A stretch of 64,000 bases of DNA from an uncultured delta proteobacterium (GTDB lineage: Bacteria > Desulfobacterota > Binatia > Binatales > Binataceae). A program made the position numbers and the translations under genes. Position 1 is the first letter of the stretch; every line of letters starts with the position of its first letter. Below the pieces are notes generated by a model, which saw nothing but the letters and a program-made list of their open reading frames with translations, was not told where the DNA came from and searched no databases. Below are positions 56,743 to 64,000 of the stretch, piece after piece. The DNA is taken from NCBI GenBank assembly GCA_963733715.1, contig CAVTEN010000021.1:166970-230969 (forward strand), in the 5' to 3' direction.

Positions 56743-57986
56743 TCACGGCGTGCCGCACAGCGTGCCATTGATGTCGCATTGTGGCGTGATGCCTCGATCA
56801 CGTTGCTGCTGATTCAGCGTCGAGATCGCCTTGTTGGTCTTGGCGCTGGGGTCGCATTGGCAAAGCTGGCTGGCGCAGCAACTGCAATCCGCTGCCGTTT
56901 CGGCTTTCACGATTTCCGAAATGTCGCATCCGGCCAGCCCCGAGCATGCGACGCTCACCAGGTCGCGGTCATTGCATTCGTCGGTGCATAGCGTGGCGTC
57001 GCAGGTGAAGCCGGCCTGAGCGCCTTTCGGTTGCAGGCAGGTGTGGTACTCGTCGCAGACCTTGGCGCAATCGACGCCGCTGTCTGGCGGAATCATCGTG
57101 ACACCAGGGACATACAAGGGGCACCCAATGCCACCGGGCGCGTCGGGCAAGCATGCGGGAGGACTTGGCACCGCGGCAGGAACGGCAACAGCGCGAGCGT
57201 CGGCGGAGGACATCATCTTATATACGTCCGCAGAAATCGCGGGTGTTGCTGTGGCGTCGCAGGCGGAGCGTATGCGGCGGACCATGTCAGCCCGCCGCCG
57301 AGCGTGCATGCCTGATCGTTCTGGCCGACCTGGTAGGGACCGTTGAACACCGGGCACGAGCATTGGACGATGCCGGCCTGAGCGGTTTTGAAGCACGGCG
57401 CCGTCATGCATCCGGCGTACGGCTGTTGCGCGCAATTCGTCAGGCCGAGTCCGTTTTCCGGGACGCAATCGAAGCTGAAAGTCGAGTAGACGCTCGACCC
57501 GGGCATCAGATTTCCCGCGTTCACGTTGGCGCAGACCGGTGCCGAGTTGAGCGTCGCGCAGAGGCTGCCGTCGGCGCCGCATTGCGCGATCGTTTTTTCA
57601 TAGACCGCGTGATTGAGGATCGCGTTGATATCCACGAAGTACACGCCGTACGGAATGTCGAAGCAATTACAGTTGGCATATTTGCCGTCGGCGGTGAGCG
57701 TGCACGACAGGTCCTCGGCGCCCGAGCTCGGTCCCGAGTAATAGCAGAGCGCGAAGGGTCCGCCGCGGCACGGGACGAAATTGCTCGACGCAAGCGTGAT
57801 GTCGGCGTAGGCGGGGCCGAAGGTCGTCGTCCAGTTTGCGGGGTTGCTCCAGAACGCGTGAGAGTTGGGAACGAAGTGCACGATTCCGGATGACGTCGTG
57901 GTCGGCGAATTCGATCCTCCACCATTGCAGCCCGCCAGCAGGATCATTGCCAATATGAGGAGGCGAGTTGCGCGATTGCGGTTCAC
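56743..57986 (-). CDS. Cysteine-rich lipoprotein, unknown function; frame broken near 57250
   Basis: Lipobox MNRNRATRLLILAMILLAGC. Track ORFs 57213..57986 and 56743..57582 join at AYAPPATP/AISADVYK. There are roughly 35-40 Cys in total. Confidence 0.55.
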
Positions 57987-58186
57987 GATTCTGAAATGTC
58001 CCAGAGGTTACAAATCCAGCTTTGGCGCTGATAGCAGCCAGTTTGCAAGTGTTAACTAATGAGTCAATCCACCGTCTGCGATTGTTCCCCTTCCCTCGAG
58101 GGCCCGAAAAAAGGAGTTAGGGGTTAGGTTGCTGTTGCAGCTTAATGTTAGAAAGTGTGCGCGAAGCATCGACGAGGAGAACAACA

Positions 58187-58630
58187 ATGAAGCAGATAAT
58201 CTACGCCATGCAGTTCAAGGGAAAGGCCGCGCCGGGTGCGTCGCCCAACGTGATGAGGGCGTCGACCAGCGCGTCAAGCACGACGATCACAACTGAGATT
58301 GGCGCGGAGGGCGTCCAGGGCAGCATCAAGCCCGCGCCCGGCGGGAAGGCTGAGTTCGAGTCCGAAGTGACGCTCGCCGGTGAGACCTCATTTCTGGAGA
58401 AGGGCAGTATCCGATTCGGCGACGGCAATCGTTTGCATTTCAGCACCATCGAGCATGGATATCTCGGCGATAGCGCGGATCCGAAGCTGAAATCGGGCGC
58501 CGTCATGTGGCGCGTCGATGGCGGCGAGGGCCAGTTCGCGGGCGCCACTGGATTTATTACGTCGAATTTCACGCTTAGCGACGCGGGCGAGATAACCGAC
58601 AATCAGTTCGGCGTGATCTTTGTGAAGTGA
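58187..58630 (+). CDS. Hypothetical protein
   Basis: Track ORF 58145..58630. The ATG at 58187 is preceded by GAGGAGA. No family recognised. Confidence 0.5.
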   Translation: MKQIIYAMQFKGKAAPGASPNVMRASTSASSTTITTEIGAEGVQGSIKPAPGGKAEFESEVTLAGETSFLEKGSIRFGDGNRLHFSTIEHGYLGDSADPKLKSGAVMWRVDGGEGQFAGATGFITSNFTLSDAGEITDNQFGVIFVK

Positions 58631-58682
58631 TGCGTTGAAAAGGGCGGTTGATCGGGTTGCGACGGGTAGCCATTCTTGTTCG

Positions 58683-59798
58683 ATGTCTTCACGAGCAGCA
58701 AGGAAGTCCCTGCCAGAGCCGCCATCGATCGAGACTCTGCGGGCGCGAATGGATGAGATTAATCTCAAAATTCTGCGGCTCATCTCGGCGCGTGCGAGTG
58801 TCGCGACAGAGATTGGCCGCCTGAAGCATCATGAGGGCGGCGAGGTTTATCAGCCGGTCCGCGAGCGCGCGATTATCGAAAAGATGATCGCAGAGAACCA
58901 GGGGCCGCTCACCGACGATCAGGTCAAGCGGATTTACGTCGAGATAATTTCGGCGTGCCGCGCGCTCGAGCACGAGCCGCGCGTCGCCTTCCTCGGCCCC
59001 GAGCATACGTACTCGCATGAGGCGACTCGCATGCGTTTCGGCTCGAGCATCGAGCTGATGCCGCTGGAGTCGTTCGCGGCCGTCTTCCAGGCGATCGAGA
59101 ACGGCCGCGCCGATTTCGGCGTGGTGCCGGTCGAGAACTCGACCGAAGGCTCGGTCACGCTGACGCTCGACCTGCTTATCGACACGTCGCTGGTGATTGT
59201 CGGCGAGGTGCTGCTGCCGATTCGGCATTCGATAATGTCGCTGAGCGGCGGGGCAGGCGACGTCAGCCGAATCGTGTCGCATCAGCAGAGCCTCGCGCAG
59301 TGTCGCGGCTACATCAGCGCGAATTTTCCGAAATGCGAGACTGAAGCAGTCGCGTCCAATGCGCTGGCTGCCCAGCGCGCGGCCGCGGACTCGTCCATTG
59401 CAGCGATCGCGTCGAGGGCGGCGGGCGAGGCGTACGGCCTCAAGACCATCGCGTCGAACGTGCAGGACCTGGCGGCCAACACTACGCGATTCCTCGTGAT
59501 AGGGACGCGGCCGGTCGACCGCTCGGGCAAGGACAAGACCACTCTGCTGTTCGCGGTGGCGGACCGGGTCGGCACGCTCAACCAGGCGCTCAACCTGTTT
59601 GCCCGCAATGCGATCAATATTTCGAAGATCGAGTCGCGGCCGCTGCGCGCGCGGCCGTGGGAATACCTGTTCTTCGTCGATGTGATGGGGCATCGCGACG
59701 ACCCCAGGCTCGCCCGCGCGCTCAAGTCTTTGTCGACCAAGGCCCTATTCTTGAAGGTCCTGGGATCATATCCTGAAGGAAGGTCGGCCGCTGCCTGA
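58683..59798 (+). CDS. pheA: Bifunctional chorismate mutase / prephenate dehydratase (P-protein)
   Basis: CM: LRARMDEINLKILRLISARASV. PDT: RVAFLGPEHTYSHEA and TRFLVIG. ACT: TLLFAVADRVGTLNQALNLF...ISKIESRP. The start could be TTG 58635. Confidence 0.85.
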   Translation: MSSRAARKSLPEPPSIETLRARMDEINLKILRLISARASVATEIGRLKHHEGGEVYQPVRERAIIEKMIAENQGPLTDDQVKRIYVEIISACRALEHEPRVAFLGPEHTYSHEATRMRFGSSIELMPLESFAAVFQAIENGRADFGVVPVENSTEGSVTLTLDLLIDTSLVIVGEVLLPIRHSIMSLSGGAGDVSRIVSHQQSLAQCRGYISANFPKCETEAVASNALAAQRAAADSSIAAIASRAAGEAYGLKTIASNVQDLAANTTRFLVIGTRPVDRSGKDKTTLLFAVADRVGTLNQALNLFARNAINISKIESRPLRARPWEYLFFVDVMGHRDDPRLARALKSLSTKALFLKVLGSYPEGRSAAA

Positions 59799-59838
59799 GC
59801 CGGGCAGCCAAAACTTTTCCAGTGGCCGTTCACCTGTT

Positions 59839-60945
59839 TTGATCAAAGCACAAGATCTCGTACTCCCATCCGTCGCCGCGCTTGCTCCCTATGAACCGGG
59901 CAAGCCGATCGAGGAGTTGCAACGCGAGCTCGGAGTCATCGAGCCGGTCAAGCTGGCGTCGAATGAGAATCCTCTCGGGCCGTCGCCGCGCGCGATCGAA
60001 GCGATCAAGGCGGCGCTGCCGGAGCTGAATCGCTACCCCGACGGCGCGAGTTACGACCTGCGGGCGAAGATCGCGGCGCATCATAAGATCGGAGTCGAGC
60101 GGGTGTTCGCGGCGTCGGGCTCGGTCGAGGTGCTCAACCTGCTCGCGTTCCTTTATTTGCGGCCGGGCCTCAACTCGGTTTACTCGGAGCATTCGTTCGC
60201 GATTTATCCGCTGGCGACGGCGGCTGCTGGCGGCGATCATCGTGTCGTCAAAACCAGCGATGGATTCTCGCACGACCTCGACGCGATGGCGGCGGCTTGC
60301 GACGCGAACACGCGAATTGTTTTTCTCGGCAATCCGAACAATCCGACCGGGACGATTTACCGGCGCGCCGAATGGAAGCGGTTCCTCGAGCGGGTGCCGG
60401 AAAACGTGGTGATCGTCGCCGACGAGGCGTACTTCGAATTCGTGCGCGACCCGGAGTATCCCGACTCGATGGAAGATCACGACGACCGTCGGCTGTTAAT
60501 CACGCTCAGAACGTTTTCGAAAATTTTCGGGCTGGCCGGCATTCGCGTCGGCTACGCGGTCGCGCGGCCCGACATGATCCAGATGCTGGACAAGGTCCGG
60601 CAGCCCTTCAATGTGACGTCGCTGGGGCAGGTGGCTGCTATCGCGGGGATGGACGATCGCGCGCATATCGCGAGGACGCTGCAAGTCAACGCCGACGGGA
60701 TGACTTACCTGGAGGGCGAGTTCGCGCGCCTCAAGCTTCCGTTCGTGCCGAGTCACGCAAATTTTTTCCTGGTCGACGTCGGCGAAGGTCGCGCCGTTTA
60801 CGACAAGCTTTTGCGCAAGGGCGTGATCGTGCGCCCGATGCATGGTTATGGCTATCCGCGGCACGTGCGAATCAGCATCGGTCTGCCCGAGGAGAATCGC
60901 CGGCTGGTCGCGGCGCTCGGTGAAGCAATCGGCGTGCAATCGTGA
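59839..60945 (+). CDS. hisC: Histidinol-phosphate aminotransferase
   Basis: YEPGKPIEEL...KLASNENPLGPSP and RTFSKIFGLAGIRVGY (PLP lysine motif). Confidence 0.85.
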   Translation: MIKAQDLVLPSVAALAPYEPGKPIEELQRELGVIEPVKLASNENPLGPSPRAIEAIKAALPELNRYPDGASYDLRAKIAAHHKIGVERVFAASGSVEVLNLLAFLYLRPGLNSVYSEHSFAIYPLATAAAGGDHRVVKTSDGFSHDLDAMAAACDANTRIVFLGNPNNPTGTIYRRAEWKRFLERVPENVVIVADEAYFEFVRDPEYPDSMEDHDDRRLLITLRTFSKIFGLAGIRVGYAVARPDMIQMLDKVRQPFNVTSLGQVAAIAGMDDRAHIARTLQVNADGMTYLEGEFARLKLPFVPSHANFFLVDVGEGRAVYDKLLRKGVIVRPMHGYGYPRHVRISIGLPEENRRLVAALGEAIGVQS

Positions 60946-61403
60946 AGAATCGAAATGCAGAAACCGTGGCGCAAGCGTTGCTCATCGCGATGTTCATAGT
61001 CGCGATAATGTCGTGGTCGTCGGTGCCGGCGCAGATTCCAATCCACTGGGACATCTCGGGGCAGGTCGATGCCTACGGGTCGAAATTTAGCGGCTTGTTG
61101 CTGCTGCCGATAATCGCGCTGGCCGGATACACGCTGATCGGGCTGACTGCGATTTTCTCGCCCGCACAATTCCAGGGCCGCGCGATGAATGCGCTGTCGT
61201 GGTTCAGACTCACATACGTGCTGATTATGGCGGGAGTGTTCGGCGTGATCGTGGCTGACGTTCGCGGCGCGAATATCAATATGAATTACGTCATCTTCCC
61301 GCTGCTCGCGCTGATGATGATTGCGATCGTCAATCTGCTGATACATACCAACCGCAACAAATCGGCGAAGACGTTGCCGCCCGGCGGCGGAGTCCAGGTC
61401 TGA
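60942..61403 (+). CDS. Small membrane protein (DUF1648/SdpI-like)
   Basis: IPIHWDISGQVDAYGSK motif; 4 TM segments. Confidence 0.5.
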   Translation: MKNRNAETVAQALLIAMFIVAIMSWSSVPAQIPIHWDISGQVDAYGSKFSGLLLLPIIALAGYTLIGLTAIFSPAQFQGRAMNALSWFRLTYVLIMAGVFGVIVADVRGANINMNYVIFPLLALMMIAIVNLLIHTNRNKSAKTLPPGGGVQV

Positions 61404-62266
61404 TGGCGCAGCTGTTTCGACAGATGACCGTGTGCGGAGTGGGCCTGATAGGAGGCTCGCTCGCGCTTATCGCGCGGCGCGCAGGTGTCGTCGGCAAAGT
61501 TGTAGGCCTTGGACGGTCGCAGGCGAACCTTGACGTAGCCGTCGATCGCGGCATGATCGACATAGCGACGCGCGACCCGGTCGAAGCGGCGCGCGGTGCG
61601 GACCTTATTGTACTGGCCGTGCCGATTCAGACGATGCGTGCGACGCTTGAAAAAATGATCGAGCACGCTGCGCCGGACGCAGTCGTGACCGACGTCGGCA
61701 GCGTGAAGCAGTACGTGGTTCATGAGCTGGAACCGCTAATCACTGGAAAAAGATCGCTGGTCGCGGCGCATCCAGTCGCTGGCAAGGAGACTACCGGCGC
61801 GGCTGCTGCCGACCCTGCGCTGTTTCGCGATCGCCGCGTGATTCTCACGCCGTCGGCGAAGAGCACGCCTGATGCGATCAACAAGATCGAACAGCTTTGG
61901 GACGAGACCGGCGCGTGCGTCGAGATGATGGACGCTGCCGCGCACGACGCGATCCTCGCACGATCGAGTCATCTGCCGCAGGCGGTCTCGAGTGTGTTGG
62001 CCGCGGCTCTTAACACTGAAAAGATCGGAGACAAGCTTGCAGCAGAGTATGGAGCGGGCGGACTTCGCGATACGACACGGTTGGCGTCGTCGTCGTGGGA
62101 GATGTGGCGCGATATCTTTGTCACGAATCGCGAGGCGATCGCGGCGGCGCTGAAACTGTACGGCGGAACCTTCGCCGAATTTCAGCGCGCAGTGGAAGCC
62201 GGCGACATGAACGGCGTCGAGAAGATTTTTAATCGCGGGCGGGAGATGCGAGAAAAGATTAGATGA
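61403..62266 (+). CDS. tyrA: Prephenate dehydrogenase
   Basis: VCGVGLIGGSLALIARRAG (NAD fold), TDVGSVK and AAHPVAG. Confidence 0.8.
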   Translation: MAQLFRQMTVCGVGLIGGSLALIARRAGVVGKVVGLGRSQANLDVAVDRGMIDIATRDPVEAARGADLIVLAVPIQTMRATLEKMIEHAAPDAVVTDVGSVKQYVVHELEPLITGKRSLVAAHPVAGKETTGAAAADPALFRDRRVILTPSAKSTPDAINKIEQLWDETGACVEMMDAAAHDAILARSSHLPQAVSSVLAAALNTEKIGDKLAAEYGAGGLRDTTRLASSSWEMWRDIFVTNREAIAAALKLYGGTFAEFQRAVEAGDMNGVEKIFNRGREMREKIR

Positions 62267-62961
62267 TCCGCGGGAGACCAATAATTGCGATTGATGGGCC
62301 CGTCGGCGCGGGAAAATCCGTGGCGGCACGCGAGCTTGCGCGCGAGCTTGGCTACTCGTACCTCAACACGGGCGCGATGTATCGCGCAGTCGCGATTGCA
62401 GCGCGCGAGGCGGGTATCAGTCCTGACGACCCCAACGTCGAAGAGAGACTAGCGTCGATTCTCAAGGTGATTAAGATAAAGTTCGACGGCGAAAAAATAT
62501 TGCTCAACGGCCGCGACGTGACCGCGATGAAAGATGATCCGGAAATCGGCGAGCTCGCGTCGCGGTTCTCGGCGATTGGCTCGGTGCGCGCGCGGATGCG
62601 CGACCTGCAGCGCGCGGCGGGCGAAGATGGCGGTGTAGTCATGGAAGGACGCGATATAGGCACGGCGATTTTCCCCGACGCCGAGTACAAATTCTTTCTC
62701 GACGCCGACGTGAAGACCCGCGCGCGTCGCAGATATGAAGAGCTCAAGAAGAAAGGCGCGTCGATTACGGAGAATGAAGTGCTCGAGCAGCTAGTCGAGC
62801 GCGACCGTCGTGACAGCGGGCGCGAGCTCGCCCCGCTCAAGCGCGCCGACGATGCGACCGTGATAGATTCAACCAATCTTTCGATCGACGCAGTGGTTGC
62901 GGCGATGAAAGCGAAGATCAATGATCGAAACAACGCCGGCAAGGACTTGAAACGAGCCTAG
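62263..62961 (+). CDS. cmk: Cytidylate kinase
   Basis: IIAIDGPVGAGKSVAARELARELGYSYLNTGAMYRA. Confidence 0.9.
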   Translation: MIRGRPIIAIDGPVGAGKSVAARELARELGYSYLNTGAMYRAVAIAAREAGISPDDPNVEERLASILKVIKIKFDGEKILLNGRDVTAMKDDPEIGELASRFSAIGSVRARMRDLQRAAGEDGGVVMEGRDIGTAIFPDAEYKFFLDADVKTRARRRYEELKKKGASITENEVLEQLVERDRRDSGRELAPLKRADDATVIDSTNLSIDAVVAAMKAKINDRNNAGKDLKRA

Positions 62962-63019
62962 CCCGGTTGTAAGGATTGCAGCAGCCCCGAAGTCCCGGAA
63001 TCCCGGAAGGTCCCTCTAA

Positions 63020-64000
63020 ATGGAGAAAGTGTTGCCAGAGCAAATGAGCGGAGGAGAAAATGACTTTGAGTCGTTGATGGAAGAGAGTTTGAAGGCTCCC
63101 CGTCCCGGCGACGTGCTGGTCGGAAGAGTGCTTCTAATCACGCGCGACAGCGTCATTATCGACATCAACTACAAGTGCGAAGGGCAGGTCCCCCTCGCCG
63201 AATTTCTTGACCACGAGGGGCATCCCTCCGTCAAGGAAGGCGACGAGGTTGACGTGTACTTCGAAGGCACCGAGACCGACAACGGTACGGTGATGCTTTC
63301 GCATGCGAAGGCCGAGAAGTTCAAAGTCTGGCGCGAACTCGACAAAGCGTTTCAGGCCGAGACTCCGGTCGAAGGCGTGGTGCTTGGCAAAGTCAAAGGC
63401 GGGCTCAAAGTCGATATCGGAGTGCCGGCGTTTCTGCCGGGTTCCCATGTTGATATTCGTCCGGCGCGCAATCTGGACCGGTACGTTGGACAGCGTGGAC
63501 GCTTCCAGATCCTGAAGTTCAATCGCGCGCGTGGCAACGTCGTGGTTTCGCGGCGCAGCGTGCTCGAGCGCGAGCGCTCGTCGTTGAAAGAACAGACGCT
63601 CAAGGTGCTCGAAGAGGGCGTCATCCTCGAAGGCACCGTTAAGAATATTACCGACTACGGCGCGTTCATCGATCTCGGCGGCATCGACGGCCTGCTCCAT
63701 ATCACGGATATGGCGTGGGGCCGGCTGCAGCATCCGTCGGAAGTGTTGAAGGTCGGCGACAAAGTTAAAGTCGTAGTGCTGAAGTACGACGCCGAGCGCG
63801 AGCGCGTATCGCTCGGCATGAAACAGATCATGCCCGATCCATGGACCAAGGTAGCGGAAGGTTATCCGCCGGGGACGCGAATCAAGGGCAAGGTCGTCAG
63901 CGTGACCGACTACGGCGCATTCGTCGAAATCGAAAAAGGCGTCGAGGGTTTAATTCACGTCTCCGAAATGAGCTGGAGCAAGCGCGCGGTCCATCCGTCG
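63020..64000 (+). CDS. rpsA: 30S ribosomal protein S1, N-terminal part running off the right edge
   Basis: My own translation from the ATG at 63020; it is absent from the track because it has no stop. Repeated S1 domains: GRVLLITRDSVIIDI, VEGVVLGKVKGGLKVDIG, LEGTVKNITDYGAFIDLG and IKGKVVSVTDYGAFVEI. Confidence 0.9.
   Translation, partial: MEKVLPEQMSGGENDFESLMEESLKAPRPGDVLVGRVLLITRDSVIIDINYKCEGQVPLAEFLDHEGHPSVKEGDEVDVYFEGTETDNGTVMLSHAKAEKFKVWRELDKAFQAETPVEGVVLGKVKGGLKVDIGVPAFLPGSHVDIRPARNLDRYVGQRGRFQILKFNRARGNVVVSRRSVLERERSSLKEQTLKVLEEGVILEGTVKNITDYGAFIDLGGIDGLLHITDMAWGRLQHPSEVLKVGDKVKVVVLKYDAERERVSLGMKQIMPDPWTKVAEGYPPGTRIKGKVVSVTDYGAFVEIEKGVEGLIHVSEMSWSKRAVHPS

Noticed and set aside
1-64000. 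Search for CRISPR arrays, tRNA/rRNA genes, IS elements, integrases and prophage blocks
   Set aside because: I noticed no regularly spaced direct repeats, cloverleaf-like sequences in the intergenic gaps, or transposase or integrase motifs. The scan was by eye, so short features could have been missed.

Overview
GC-rich bacterial chromosomal segment, almost entirely coding. I recognised no rRNA, tRNA, CRISPR array, transposase or integrase. (1) Positions ~350-34900, nearly all on the + strand with many 4-nt stop/start overlaps, form a very large surface-glycan (EPS/O-antigen-like) locus. It contains a tailspike-like beta-helix protein, a Wza-like exporter, a Wzc-like co-polymerase/tyrosine kinase and two Wzy/O-antigen-ligase-family proteins. 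It also has a Wzm/Wzt ABC pair, a glutamine-dependent AsnB-type amidotransferase, eight GT4-like and one GT2-like glycosyltransferases, four FkbM-type methyltransferases and several GT-C-like polytopic membrane proteins. (2) Directly downstream on the same strand (34963-45958) is the most interesting content, a lasso-peptide-type RiPP cluster. Its genes are an ABC exporter, an NTP_transf_5-like protein, an Fe/2OG oxygenase, an HPr-kinase-like protein, a PqqD/RRE, a radical SAM enzyme and an AsnB-like cyclase without the glutaminase cysteine. A 58-aa precursor (42791-42967) is missing from the ORF track because it is under 60 aa. Its leader matches the canonical lasso recognition motif residue for residue. 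A GT41 (OGT/SPINDLY-like) glycosyltransferase and a PRMT-like methyltransferase follow. No B2 leader peptidase is visible. (3) 46-50.8 kb holds a FecR-domain protein, a GT-C-like membrane protein, VOC proteins, and an ArsC-family reductase whose catalytic Cys codon is an in-frame TGA followed by a hairpin (candidate selenoprotein). (4) 50.8-64 kb is housekeeping: rpmB, mutL, miaA, accA, pheA, hisC, tyrA-like, cmk and a partial rpsA running off the right edge. A 61-bp double-hairpin repeat occurs in inverted copies at 50749 and 56165. Caveat: I count at least 16 reading-frame breaks, including in mutL, miaA and accA. They are most likely assembly indel errors, so broken genes are annotated as single CDSs with the break position noted.
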